Shown: positions 19,770 through 33,900 of the stretch, one piece after another
How the letters are laid out: the number at the start of each line of letters is the position of its first letter
How positions within the stretch are numbered: position 1 is the stretch's first letter
DNA from: Eledone cirrhosa
Taxonomy: Eukaryota
Assembly: GCA_964016885.1 (NCBI GenBank)
Contig: CAXHJY010000648.1
Location: 27,617 to 91,616 of the forward strand
Length of the DNA stretch: 64,000 bases
Direction of reading: 5' to 3'
Made by a program: the position numbers and the translations under genes
The notes under the pieces: model-generated
What the model was told of the DNA's origin: nothing
Seen by the model: the letters and a program-made list of their open reading frames with translations, nothing else
The model's database searches: none

Positions 19770-19895
19770 TGGCAGAATAGGTAGAGCGTTAGAAAGTATG
19801 TTTGCAGTTTTATTCCAACTCTGTAATCTGATTTCAAATCCCACCGAGATCAACTTCGTCTTTCAGTATTTTGAGGTTGATAAAGAAGTACTAGT
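19770..19895 (+). mobile_element. Degenerate SINE S1
   Basis: tggcagaataggtagagcg...ttcaaatcccaccgagatcaactt...gataaagaagtactag. Confidence 0.6.
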
Positions 19896-20773
19896 GAGCT
19901 CTGTCGGATTTTAAACATGCCAAAGAAATGACGCATGTCACTGCGGTGCCCCTGATATTAATGCTATCTACGGTCATGCCAAAGGGAGAAAGAGGGAGTC
20001 TCTACGGGATCCCCCGATATGTTAGAAATAGCATCTAAATCACCATAAAATCTCACATCTTAACAATGATGCCCATGTTAGATAAAGTAGTTCTAGAAAA
20101 TACTATTCGAATAACCAGAGTTGACCTGGGTATGAAACACAATTTCAACGTTGAACGTGTTGTAATTACATTCGTTAAAATCTTCTGTTGGTGTGTAATA
20201 GCCTGAATACAACAAAACCAGTTCAATACTTGCTTGTCAGATCATATTTACATATATCTATTGTCTCGCTAATTCAAAGAAACACTACATAAACTTTCCT
20301 GAAAGAAAATATAGAAGTAATGTCTTGGTGAAAGTCGATAGTCACAGAGGAAAAATATTATTAGATTTTAACGAGTCTGACGTGTCAACAAATTAAATAG
20401 TGTTAGTTAATAATAGCAGCTAATTATTTAGCAGAGAACAGGCAAAAATAATTACATTCAATCAGTGAGTCAGTTGTGGTTACTCAAGATGTGATTGAAA
20501 TCTGAAAAATACATGAGGGGAAATGTAGCAGAATTTATAATAGACTATACAGTTGTTAAATCAGTAGACTATAGAGAAGTTAAAACAATTGGAGTTTGGG
20601 AAGGAATGACATTTTGCTTTGATAAAAGTAGTCTTGTGTAATTCAATGTGTCATGAGTTGACTGTCAGTTGATGTTAAAGTCTAATAACACTTCTAATCA
20701 AACATAGTTAAATTATTCAGTTTATGGTTTATCCTCATCATCATCATCATTATTATTATTATTATTATTATCT

Positions 20774-21525
20774 GTGGATTGGCAGGGTCACTAGAGCGTC
20801 GATATGCTTAGAGGCATATAGTTACGACTCTTCACGTTCAAATCCTGACGAGGTTAGCTTTGCCTTTCATCCTTATGGGGTCGATAAAATAAAGCACCAG
20901 TAACGCATTTGAGTCGTTTTAATTGACTTAATCCCTTCCCTCCAAATTGCTGGTCATGTGCCTATAGTAGAAATAAATATTAATATTATTATTGGCAGTA
21001 TCAGTAGAGCGTCAGACACTATGCTTGGTTGCATAGAGTTATGGCCCTTTTCGTTCTGAGTTCAAATTCCGCTGAGGTTAGCATTGCTTTTCATCCTAAC
21101 GAGGCCGATAAAATAAAGTTCCATTAATGCACTAGGATCGATTTCATTGTTGGCGATGTGCTTAAATCAGAAACCATTATTACCAGTGGATTGGCAGTAT
21201 CGGTAGAGGGTCGGACGCCATACTTTGCAGCCACGAGTTACGGTCCTTTATGATCTGAGTTCAAATCCCGCCGAGGGTAACTGTGCCTCTCATCCTTACA
21301 GGGTCGATCGAATAAAGTACCAGTAATGCACTGGAATAATTGCTGGCCCTGTGCCAAGTGGTCGGATGCCATACTTTGCAGCAAAGAGTTACGGCCCTTT
21401 ATGATCTGAGTTCAAATCCTGCCGAGGTTAACTGTGCCTTTCATCCTTACAGGGTCGATCAAATAAAGTACCAGTAATGCACTGGGATAATTGCTGGCCT
21501 TGTGCCAAAAGTAGAAACAATTATT
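20774..21525 (+). mobile_element. Head-to-tail array of four SINE S1 copies
   Basis: Units start at about 20774, 20991, 21186 and 21361, each with a tRNA-like head or B box and the gcctttcatcc..gtcgat..aagtaccag domain. Confidence 0.88.
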
Positions 21526-22003
21526 GTCATTATTACTGATGTTGTCGTTGTGGTTTTCATTTCCTGTTGTGAGATTTAACTAAAAGAAACAATTTTCAAA
21601 TTTGATTGAAAAATGAGAATAGAAATATTATATTCGCCATTGTTAGGTATTGTCTATTTATATTTCATGACAATATAGTTTTTCTTCATCAGATATTTTT
21701 CAATCAGGGTCTAGGAAATAACGATATACCAGTGTGTGTATGCATATATGTATTTATATATAAATATATCTATGTGCATTTGTTTATGTATCTATTTATG
21801 TGTGCGTGTATGTGCATTTATGTATACATAGATATATATATATGTATTTCTATCTGTATGCATTCATATATGATTTTATGTATATATACATATATATATT
21901 TTTATATATGTATAAGTGTGTATATATATATATATATGTATAAGTGTACGTATATATGTATGTATATATATTTGTATATATATATGTATACATATTTGTA
22001 TAA

Positions 22004-22057
<54 letters not shown>

Positions 22058-22334
22058 TATTTCCATTTCGTTCTATTTCAGCTGATTTCAGCATTTTTTC
22101 TGAAATTGATAGCAGATTTAAAAGATTACAGAAATATTTTTAAAATCTCTGATATTGTTATTTTACAGATTTCCTTTGATGGTCTATATAATATGTAGAT
22201 TATTAAGCTGATGATTGTTGATTATGGGTTGAAGGAAGAGGCGAAGTATTTAGAAGGTAGTGCTGATACTGATAATTATCATGATTATTCACACCAGTCA
22301 TAGTTAGATAGTTGTATATGACTATATCTATAAT

Positions 22335-22467
22335 AAATGTTTCTACTTTTGGCACAAGGCCAGTAATTACCCGGTTCATTACTGGTACTTTATTTTATCG
22401 ACCTGGTGAGGATGAAAGGCAAAGTTTACCTCGACGGGATTTGAACTCAAACCGTAAAGGGACGTAG
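22335..22467 (-). mobile_element. SINE S1, 5'-truncated
   Basis: Reverse complement of the S1 body. Confidence 0.8.
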
Positions 22468-22468
22468 C

Positions 22469-22548
22469 TCTGCGTGAGCAGCGAGTGCTCAAACGACATA
22501 CCGCTCACGGACGCATTTATTGCAACCATACAACAACTATATATACAT
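22469..22548 (+). repeat. ~78-bp dispersed repeat; second copy at 50843-50917
   Basis: ctctgcg.gagca.cgagtgctcaaacg.c.t.ccgc..acggacgcat..attgcaacc.tacaa.aactatatat. Confidence 0.8.
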
Positions 22549-23232
22549 ACATACAAGGTACTTTCAAGAGGTTTTGAGTTTTATATCAGAGCGACATTTA
22601 TTTACCTAAATTGGCTCCAGCCAAAGGCCCCCATAAACTCCTTCAAGGCGAAGATGCTCCAGACGCTTGTCGCAGCAAAGAAAACAATCCCCATAAAATG
22701 GAAGGGAGGATGCATTGGGTGACTCATTATATATTTTAAGAATTTTAAGGGGGAAGAAATAATCAGGTGGTCACCAGAGTTAAGTCCTGATTGTTTTTTT
22801 GTTTCTTGGGTGACTGATGATCGCAGGATGCAGCTGAAATATACCGTCTGGCCAGGAGTGTAGGGTTTCCCTATACCATTCCAATTTACCTTTTTCAAAA
22901 TTAAATCTCCCTCCATGGGCTCTCCTTTCCTATCTTTCCCTTTTTTTAAACATATTTTCATCAATGTGTTGGTCTGTTCTATAAAAAATTCAAACGTATC
23001 CCCAGGTGGTTCTGGGACTAGCAAGGAGGAATCCTTAAGGACATTCTACATGTGGCTTAAGTAAAATAAGGAAACATATGTGTGCTGATAGCTACGGAAT
23101 AAGACGAAAGTATTTATGAATCTGTCTACCATACTTGCCAAAGATTGAATGTAATATTAATCACAGATTAATATCGTTTCTTCTTTAATAAATCTATTTT
23201 CGAAATACATTTAGTTATTTCTCACTTTTGTG

Positions 23233-23304
<72 letters not shown>

Positions 23305-23814
23305 AGAGAGAGAGAGAGGGGGGGTGTAAGTGTGTGTGAGTATAATGACGATCGATATACAATGGTTTCGAATATGAGCATTCAGTTTTCGATCAACTGA
23401 ACTAGCCACTTGGTAAATTAATATGTAAGTGTTTGAGTATTCCTGATAGAATTGTAGGTTTATATACATATGATTATATATATGTATATATATATATACA
23501 TATATATATAATATGTATATGCTTGTATAAGTTAAATGCATGTATATATGTATATATGCATATGCAGATATCAGTATTATATTATGTATATATAATACAT
23601 TCATATATATATACATTTATATATCTATGTTTCGGTCAGTGGGAGACAACCTATGTATTCATATAGACAGTTGTCGAACAATTTCTCTTCACTGAATATC
23701 TATCTTTAAAACATCTGCCGTATTTTTATTAATCTAATTTTGTCTGATTTCCCATGAGGTGGTCGTGCAAGCCCAATTGGGTTGATTTACAGATGTAAAT
23801 TATGCACAGATATC

Positions 23815-24315
23815 TATGTATATATATATATATATATATATGTGTATATATGTGTGTATAAGTACATATATGTATACATATGTTTATGTACATATATATA
23901 TATATGTATGAATGTGTAGGTATGTATATATATATATATATGTATGTATCTATGTATGTATATATATATATATATGTATGTTTGTATATATATATACATA
24001 TGTTTGTATATATATATACATATGTTTGTATATATATATACATATGTATGTATATATATATATACATATGCATGTATGTATATATATATATACATATGTA
24101 TGTATATATATATACATATGTATGTATGTATGAATATATATATACATATGTATGTATGTATGTATATATATATACATGTATGTATGAATATATATATACA
24201 TATGTAAATATGTATATATACATGTATGTATGTATATATATACATGTATGTATGTATGTATATATATACATGTATGTATGTATATATATACATATGTATG
24301 TATGTATGTATATTT
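23815..24315. repeat. (TA)/(TATG) compound microsatellite
   Basis: Direct inspection. Confidence 0.9.
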
Positions 24316-25119
24316 ATATCATTCATCATTAACCGGGACTATAATTTATTATATGATATCTTAAGTGTATTAAATAATGGATGACGTTTGTGTTTCTATT
24401 TTATTTTCTATTCTTTTATTCTATTATTTTTCTTCTTTAATCCACTTCCTTCAATATTTAGATTCCCGATAGATTGTACGATATCTCAACCGGAAATGAC
24501 TGTCAATGTTGATTCATTGCATGGCAATATGCTGTACTCTGTTCTTCTCTGCTATAATATACAGATATTCTATTGTAAAATTATGTTAACGCTATTTTGT
24601 TATAAATATGCTTTTTAGCCCGTGTACAACGGCAGATATTATTGAAGAGAGAAATTGGGAATTTCCAATCCAATACGTATGGATATGACGCGAAAAGAGA
24701 AACTTAACTCTTTAGAGATTTTGGAGAGAAAATCTAAGTCTGTGTAGTTCCTCTTTTACTTTCTATTTCTCTCCTTCCTTCTCCCTATATCTACCAATCA
24801 CTTTGCTTTCTCTTTCTCACACACGAAAGTGGGAAAGATGTAAAAAATTAAGATGGAGAATTGACTACAATATGCTTTGCAGTATTTATTCCAGCTCTTT
24901 AGCTCTCGATGCTCAGATCTCAGTCGTGCTCAACTATTTTACCATTCTTCTTTCCGTGCTCGATTAAATAAATTCCTTCCTACTACTGTGTTCTATGTAA
25001 CCAACCTTCCGATTCCTCCGAAATTGCTGGCCTCGTGCCTAAAATATTGTCGGTTTTCATGGTTAACACTATAATATGATCTTATATATATATAAAATAA
25101 TATATATATATATAAAATA

Positions 25120-25171
<52 letters not shown>

Positions 25172-25411
25172 CATTTTCCTTCCGCACTCCCCCGCGAGGT
25201 TCTGAGAGCCTCAGGAATAAAGGATGTAGGTTATTCCCTCACCGGACGCAGTGACCAAAGGAAAATATATAAAACGTCTTATCAATTTAAATGTATCTCT
25301 GTCTTTATGTTATCTCTCCAAATATTAACAAGAAAATAGATTTATTCATATTTCTATACAAGTGTAAGCTACCGTTTCTTTAATTTACAACAACGGGAAA
25401 GTATATATAGC

Positions 25412-25445
<34 letters not shown>

Positions 25446-25765
25446 TGAACTATTGAATACACGAAAATAAGGATTGCATATGATTCTAAAATCAGAAGCT
25501 TCGCAAAAATAAGTCAGGATTAATACATATATTTAATTCCGAAGTTTATCATTGATTACAGTTGTATATCGCTGACACATGCATATACACACACATATAT
25601 ACAGGCACCCACATTCACCACACGCACATACACATTCACATGCACACACAATATAAGCCATGAGATTTATTAAGTATTATATACACATTTACTAAGCAAT
25701 TGATACTCTAATGTCACATACATGGAAGAGGATTTGTCGTTATTTGTCCAACACAATCACTTATC

Positions 25766-25855
<90 letters not shown>

Positions 25856-26167
25856 ATGTATGCGTGTATAACGATACACATAAACGTGAGGAGTATCAAC
25901 AAAGCTCGTTAATCTACCATTACAAATTTGATGAAAATATGCAGCAACGAGAAAGTTTAGTGGTGTGCATAAGAGATTGGAAGTTTTGTTTTGAATATAT
26001 ATTTGTATATTATATTTAAGGTTTGGCAATCATTATTTCCAGTGTTACCAAGGGAAACGCTTTTATGCATACACACATTTTCTATTACATTCTAAGTGTC
26101 AATTACATGAGTAATGATGTATTATATCCACATATGTCGATGAAAATTTTTGCGACTGTATGTATAG

Positions 26168-26351
26168 ATTATATATATATAAATAATATAAAATAATATA
26201 TATATATATAAATAAATAATATAAAATAATATATATATGAATAATATAAAATAATATATATATATATATGAAATAATATATATATATATGAAATAATATA
26301 TATATATATGAAATAATATATATATATATGAAATAATATATATATACATGA

Positions 26352-26402
<51 letters not shown>

Positions 26403-26452
26403 TATATATATATATGTGAAATTATATATATGAAATTATATATATATATATG

Positions 26453-26494
<42 letters not shown>

Positions 26495-26548
26495 TATATA
26501 TATATATGTGAAATTATATATATAAAATAACATATATATATATATATG

Positions 26549-26593
<45 letters not shown>

Positions 26594-26885
26594 TTATAAA
26601 ATAACATATATATATATATATAATATAAAATAATATATATATATATATAAAATAATATATATATAATATAAAATAATATATATATATATAAAAATATATA
26701 TATATATATATATAATATAAAATAATATATATATATAATATAAAATAATATATATATATATAAAATAATATATATATATAATATAAAATAATATATATAT
26801 ATAATATAAAATAATATATATATATATATATATATAATATAAAATAATATCTCTATATATATATATATAATATAAAATAATATAT
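26168..26885. repeat. AT-rich minisatellite (GAAATAA / TAAAATAA tags plus (TA)n)
   Basis: Direct inspection. Confidence 0.9.
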
Positions 26886-27152
26886 ATTTGGGAAATATAC
26901 ACAAATGATACGTACAAACGTACATACACATAGAGAAATCACTCTAATTCTCAGAAGAGCAGTTATTACTGTTTATATATATATATATATTTAGTGTGTG
27001 TTATTTTATATTATATATATATATATATAATATAAAATAATATATATATATATATATATTTAATACATTAACAGAGAAACCTTTAAGTGATATATATATA
27101 TGCGTTATTTTATATTATATATATATATATATTTATTAAAATAACAGATTAA

Positions 27153-27203
27153 AGTTTAAGCAAAGAATCGCTGCTTTCACGCTTAACGGGATCTTCTGAA
27201 ACT
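27153..27203 (-). ncRNA. Hammerhead-like motif in the inverted 5' pLTR copy
   Basis: Reverse complement of the 29399-29449 motif, with the same CAGAAGA core and one stem II mismatch. Confidence 0.6.
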
Positions 27204-27343
27204 AACAAAGTCAATCTGTAAACGCAGAACTGGATATTTCAAAAATCATTGCAACCGGAGGAAGACCGGAAGACGATACTTTGGTTCGTGGAAACGTTCG
27301 CTGGCTAAGAACGGGAAAAAACGAATATAATACGTCATTAATA

Positions 27344-27822
27344 TATATCGGCCTTTTCCTTCTTTTCTCTATCAAGGACGAATTCCCCAACGCGGGCGGT
27401 GGTCTGTACCGTGACGATGGTCTTTTGACCATGACTAAGTGCGGACCTCGTGCTTGCGACAGGTTCAGAAAAGAACTCACAGCCTTCTTTAAAGGCTTCA
27501 ACCTCTCTATACAGGTTGAGGCTAATCTCTCGGTCGTTAATTACCTCGACGTTACCCTTAACTTATTGAATGTGTTGTATTACCCGAATAGAAAGCCGAA
27601 TGATACGCTTAATTACATAAGTAAGCATTCCAACCATCCTGCCAGCATAACCAAGAACCTGGTAAGAAACGTTTCGTTGAGGCTTTCCCGTCTTTCCATC
27701 AACGAGCGTATTTTCAACGACCATTCCACTTATTACAATGAAGCTCTTGCTCGAAGTGGATTTGTCGATAAGGTAGCATATACAGAGTACGAAAATAGAC
27801 CTAGAAGAAATAGATCCCGTCG
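27344..27822 (+). pseudogene. PLE reverse transcriptase, C-terminal fragment (catalytic motif to thumb)
   Basis: YIGLFLL...GLYRDDGL...VNYLDVTLNL...YYPNRKPNDTLNYISKHSNHP. The first 21 aa of the listed ORF come from the inverted pLTR. A frameshift lies near 27822. Confidence 0.9.
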
Positions 27823-28500
27823 ATTTGTTGGTATAACCCACCATATAATATGGAGGTGGCCACACCATTAGCTAAGATCTTTCTTTCCCTTATTACGAAG
27901 CATTTTCCCCCTACACATAAATATAGTAAAATTTTTAATAGAAATACTATTAAAATTTCCTACTCTACGACTCCTAACCTTGCACATAACATCACAGCTT
28001 CGAATTTAGCTAAACTACCTAGCCGTAGGAACACGTGCAACTCTGTAGTTAGTACTAACTGTAATTGTAGGAATCGGGTTGATTGCCCCCTATCCGGGAA
28101 ATGCCTCTCTAGCAACATTGTCTACAAATGTAAGGTTGTAAGACCCACGTCCCGTAGGGCCTACATAGGGTTAACCGCCAATAGATTTAAGCAGCGTCTT
28201 TACATGCATACCCATTCTTTTCGTTACCCTCTAAGAAGGAATATGACGTCACTTTCAGCTTATATCTGGAGTCTAAAAGACAACCACACCCAATATAAGT
28301 TACACTGGGAGATCCTAGCTAGGGTTAGATCGTATAACGGAAATAAAATACCATGTGACCTCTGCGCCGCTGAGGCCCTGGAAATACTCTACGCCACAGA
28401 CCACATCTTAAACAAAAAATCTGAGGCAATTTCGACTTGTAAACATAAATTGCACAAAACTTTCCTGTATTACCGCCCCACGTTATACCCTAACGGATAG
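27823..28500 (+). pseudogene. PLE linker and GIY-YIG endonuclease domain (continuation of the RT ORF after a frameshift)
   Basis: ICWYNPPYNMEVAT continues in frame with ORF 27850-28500. Contains NIVYKCKV...AYIGLTANRFKQRLYMHTHSF and CDLC...LNKKSE..STCKH. Confidence 0.9.
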
Positions 28501-29085
28501 TACGATCTATACGTGGATATTTTACGTCTTGATGTGGGAGCTAAGTATATGTTTTGTTTTTTCCTTTACTTATTTGCATAGGTAAGTATATATTACCCGA
28601 ATATTTTGTGAAGGTACGTATACCTTCTCGTACGTATATTTGATTGTTATGGCGTATAATTTTTTTATATATTCTGGTACATATGGTTCGGCTATGTGTA
28701 TACGGGAGTCTTGCGTCTGTGTGAGTATGCCGGTTCGTACGTATGTAGGGCGTGTGTATATGTGTACTTCATGTTTTGGTTGACTTACGTCTCCGAACAT
28801 TCGTGTATTTACATGTAGGTATGTGTGTGCGCTTGTTATATACGTATTTATTTATTTATATACGTTTATATAATTATTTATTTATTTGTATACACGCTTG
28901 CACACACACACATATTTATATGTGCGTGGTTTTGTTTACCTATGGTAAGCTTTTGCGTATGCTTGTGTATGTACGTTTTTGTTTGCGTGTATGTATTTAT
29001 TTATTTCTATTACTTCTGTATTGTATTTATTTACTTTGTTCTTAACTCCGTAGCGGATATTCATTCGGTCTAGTAGTTAGAATTT

Positions 29086-29315
29086 AGTCTACGACTTCTG
29101 CTATACCATTTACGTGGTTTTGTCTTTGCGTGCTATTGTTCTCCACGCTCCACATATGACTTATTATCTTCGTTTTTTCGTTCATTGCCAGAGAACGTCT
29201 CTATGCACCACCTAAGTCTACGACCTCTTTTATACCATAAACGTGGTTCTGTCTTTGCGCGTAATTGTTTTTCACCGCTCCTATTAATGACGTATTATTC
29301 GTTTTTTCCCGTTCG
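29086..29315 (+). repeat. Diverged ~130-bp tandem duplication in the PLE 3' region
   Basis: agtctacgac..tatacca..acgtggtt.tgtctttgcg..ttcgtttttt occurs at 29086 and 29215. Confidence 0.75.
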
Positions 29316-29398
29316 AACCAAAGCATCGTCTTCCTGTCTTCCTCCGGTTGCACCGTTTTTTGAAATATCCAGTTCTGCGTTTACAGATTGACTTTGTT

Positions 29399-29449
29399 AG
29401 TTTCAGAAGATCCCGTTAAGGGTGAAAGCAGTGATTCTTTGCTTAAACT
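29399..29449 (+). ncRNA. Hammerhead ribozyme-like motif in the PLE 3' pLTR, variant core CAGAAGA
   Basis: AGTTT-CAGAAGA-tCCCgttaaGGGt-GAAA-GCAgtgattcttTGC-TT-AAACT: stem I AGTTT/AAACT, stem II CCC/GGG, stem III GCA/TGC, putative cleavage triplet CUU. Confidence 0.7.
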
Positions 29450-29556
29450 TTAATCTGTTATTTTAATAAATATTTGCTCTACGGTTCTTATATATTTGAT
29501 ATACATTTATCCTTATCGAGCCCTTTTTGGATTTTAGTCTTCAAATTTATTATTAT

Positions 29557-29638
<82 letters not shown>

Positions 29639-30724
29639 AAATAACATATATATATAAACAGCAATAACTGCTCTTCTGAGAATTAGAGTCGTTTCTCTAT
29701 ATGTAGGAGTGTATATATATATGTACGTTTGAACGTATCATTTGTGTATATTTCCCAAATATCTTCTTTAAATGCGAAGGAAATAAAGATGCGTTATATA
29801 TGACATGTGGTACTTTCAGATATTTATTGCTAAATTCGCGATGTTTAATAACCTTCTAATTTAATTATGAACTCTTATCTCAGTAAATAATCTATATAAT
29901 AATAACTGTGCAACTTTTTGTCTGCCACACGAACCCTATGCTGAAAGTTTCATTCCGAAATAATATGGATTCGTTGGAAAGCAAGGAGACTCGACGAAAG
30001 AAAACAGACAAAGTATATAAATTACTTGTTGTAGAACTTTCAACTTCAGTTATTCAATAACTGTTAAGATGTTTTTTCTGTCACAGAAAGAAGGTTAATG
30101 CATTGAGAAATAAACTGCCTTTCTTTAGGATACAGGAATCGAGTTTATGACTTTGGTAACATATAGTACCAGAATATTGCTAGAAAACTCTAAATACTAA
30201 GCCGCGTACCTTCGCTACTTTGCGAAACATATCACTGATTTCATTTACATAACAATGATACTAAACCCTTAGGTTTACCAGCTGCTTCAGCCTATTTTAA
30301 CTTGTCTATGATATTGTGATACTTATCACTAATCCAATTAAATCTCTAACAACTAAGCATTGAATTCTAACAGCTGTTTCAGCCCCTGAGTACGTATGTT
30401 GTGTTTTACATACGAAATTTCTCGAATATTATCTCACTGATAATCTCAAAACCTACGTGTATTTTCTTTTCTTTTTTTCCTCATGCCATTTCAGTGTTTA
30501 ATTTGTTGATTACACAAATGATGCAATCTCCACAACATAGTTCCGTCCAATGAAACAATTCTCTCTGCACTGGGCTTTCATTTTGTTGTTTATTTTTTTA
30601 AAGGAATTACTTCTGCAAACATATATACATCTTGAGCGTGCTTATGTGTTTTCTCTTGAAACCTCGGGTTGACTAGTGTAATATAAGTGAAATTTGATAG
30701 ACGGAAACTGTGCAGAAGCCCGTT

Positions 30725-30755
<31 letters not shown>

Positions 30756-30966
30756 GTCTCGCTCTCTCTTCTCTCTCTCTCTCTTCTCTCTCTCTCTTCT
30801 CTCTCTCTCTCTCTCTGTGTGTAAGGAATCTGTTGCTTGCAGACATGGCGAGGAGATGGGCACCTCCAGGTTTACAAAAATGGTCATGAAACGCTGAGTG
30901 TCACCACGGCTGCCCCTACAACTCCATCAGGAGTTACGGATTCAAAGGTACACACACATACTTAAG

Positions 30967-30997
<31 letters not shown>

Positions 30998-33900
30998 GTC
31001 TGTTAGTGTGGGGCCTGTGAGAGGCGTGTGTGCGTGCTTTGACATTTGTGTATTTGCCAATGCCCAATTTTTGAGCGCTCCGTCAAAAAGAAGTCTATAA
31101 AATGAGTAGCAAACTGGAAATAAAAAATGGGATCCCATCAAAGCCTTGCCCCGCCAATGCCGCAGTGCAATGAGTGAAATCAGTCAAATAATACAAGCGT
31201 AAGCTTCCTCTTTGCTTACGCTTTTGCAAATAATTAATAACATTTGAATTCGTAAAGTGAAATGGAAGTTCTTATGTAATAACCTAAACTAATATTCCTC
31301 TCCTCACAACTTCAATATAGAAGGTTGAGGAATAGTACCACTGCCACACAATTCTGTCAATATTCATGAACCATATGTTACCAATGTATAATTGAAATTT
31401 TGTTTACACTTGGAAAATTCCACAAAGAGACTGCAAAGGACTGAAAAGAAAATATTGTTATTTCTGTAGGGAAATCAATATTATTTCAAGAAATAACCTT
31501 TTTTGTTATTTTAATCGAAATTAAATTGAATGAAGTTCTACGATGTAATATTTTCTTCTTTCGTTCCATTTTATCAACAACTGTAAAATCAATTAAAGGT
31601 GCTTACAGACTTTTGGCTTCATTTTCCAACATATCTCATCGTTTTTCTGTCTTTTGTTTCTCTTTCTAATTACACGTCACTGAATATTCTAGTCTTCAAA
31701 TTTAACAACGTTATCATCGATAGGAAGCTGCGACCGTTTCGCAGAATCATTAAAGCTGCAGATGAAATGCCGTTGTGTTCAAATTACTCCAAAGTGATTT
31801 TATCTTGCTCCTTTTCAGGATCTAGAAATAAAGTAGTACGCCGTGGCTAGTGAATTGGTGGAATTGTTAAGGAATGTTTTGCAATATTTTACTGACTCTG
31901 CACGTTGGGAGTTCAAATTCTGCTGCCTGTCACCACCGGAAAATTGAAAAGACTAATGGAAACATGGTTTTCTTGGGTGTGCTATTGTGATATAAGGCAT
32001 GTTGTGGGCATTTAAAGATAGTGGAACTCATACTTTTGGTCTGATTACAGCCAGTTTTGCCAGAGAAAGTGAGAAGAACATTGGTACAGGAAGAAGCAAC
32101 TCTGTTATTGGACTGTTAAGTAATTGATCTCCAAAGTGGGAAAAGTATAATTTGACCTCGGTGGGATTAGAATCCAGAGTGCTGAAACCCTGAGCAAAAA
32201 CTGTGTGGCGGAATACTTAATCCAACAGTCCAACCACTCTATCACTTCGCCGATTCATAATAACAAACACAAAATAAACAAAATGCGTCTATGATTATCA
32301 CTAACTGTCTCATAAATCTAAAAGAACCAAATATTTCATTGCGTAACATTTCCGTGATCATATTTCTAATGCTATTTTGCTATTTTAATTAATTAATGAA
32401 GAATTATGACGGATTTACTAAAAATATTAATCTTTTAATAATTAAGAAGGCATTTGTAACCTAACGTAACGAAAGGTTATTTTATAAAATCTTGTTGGAA
32501 GATTTTCATTTAAATAGGAATCATTTACGTAATTGAACCCGAATCGATGCGACGTGGTTGCAAAAGCGAACTCCTTAACTACACCACTAAATCTTGCGCC
32601 TATGTACATGAGAAAAGAAAAGGGATATACTTCACTTATGACATGCTTGCTTTACAAATGCCTCCTTTTGCTATTACTTGCCTTCCAACGAACGGAAAGC
32701 ACGTAATGCAACTGTTGACAAGGCTGCATTGGGACACTATCTTCAGTTCCTTTAGCAAATATATTGAAGCTCTCATGGATTTACAAATGTAGACTTAGTA
32801 TTTACTCTATGCCTTAGGGAAATATTCACTTACGAAAAGCTTATTTTCGGCAATCATTTTTAATTACGTTCTTCTATATATTATGTTTTATATCCTTCAC
32901 TTTCTCGATGGAGTTTCACCTTCTATTCTGTTTTCTTAAATAGTTCTGTCATACGAACAATAATAGTTAACTGACACTAAACCCCAATTTCCACAAACTG
33001 ATTATTCTTTATCATGATCATCGAAGTCAATTTTACCAAACTTTGTTAACGTTCTCGTGTCTCAAACGTATTATATAAAGGTTATTATGCAATTTAGCCA
33101 TTTCTATGTGATAGATATATAAAACAGAAAGCCTATTGAGCGGAGGAAAGAAATTACGCTAGCTCTTGTGAATATCATGACATTATAGTATATATTAAGC
33201 AATCAATGAAATGAATAGCACGCACATGCGCACACTGACGCACATAGGCATATGTCCAGACATACATATATGTACACATTTGAACACATCATTATATGTA
33301 AGGTTATTTCTATATATCTATACCACTAACGCTTTCTCTCTCTCTCTCGCTCTCTCTATGTGCGTGTGTGTTTTAGTACCTGAAAGAATAACTGCTAAAT
33401 TCAGAATGTAGTAACTCTTTTTCAATGCTGAATGGATATCTACGTTGATTGTGTGTATAGCATTTTATGCTAAATCCTTTATATGGGGGACCTGTTTAGA
33501 GAGATCTATTATATAACGTTTTAATGATTTCAGTCGTTACTTAACACGCATACCAACATAGCTACGTATATACGTGTGTGTGTACACATATACATATATT
33601 TACATATAAGCATTCATTTATATTCCTGCACTATATAAATACAGGCATACCCAAGCACAATCTTATACATATATATATATATGAGAGAAAGAGAGAGAGA
33701 GAGAGATAGTTCGGCCTCCATCCTAAGCTACCGAGATGACTAGCTCTGCACAATATATATATACACATACATATATATATATATATATGTGTGTGTGTGC
33801 ATATATATAATACTATTTTAATCAAATGCTATATATCTAGTAGATGTCACATTAGTATATTTTTTATATCCTTCCTTAGCTTATCCAGTAACCAATATTT

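Larger units (their letters stand above)
27130..29560 (+). mobile_element. 5'-truncated Penelope-like retroelement (PLE): inverted pLTR, RT C-terminal part, GIY-YIG endonuclease, 3' pLTR, inserted in (TA)n
   Basis: YRDDGL RT motif, WYNPPY linker, CNCRxxxxCPLxGxC, IVY..YIG GIY-YIG and C-terminal CxxC...CKH. 27130-27343 is the reverse complement of 29282-29473. (TA)n flanks both sides. The motif set recalls the Naiad clade (not verified). Confidence 0.92.
26884..29762. repeat. Outer inverted repeat (~100-115 bp; 26884-26985 / 29647-29762) bracketing the PLE and its TA tracts
   Basis: atatttgggaaatatacacaaatgatacg...ctctaattctcagaagagcagttatt is matched by its reverse complement on the right. 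Confidence 0.8.

Noticed and set aside
22808-22850. CTGATGA...GAAA hammerhead candidate
   Set aside because: No stem I and poor stem II closure.
27281-27343. N-terminus of the 196-aa ORF as a true start
   Set aside because: It derives from the inverted pLTR; RT homology starts at about 27344.
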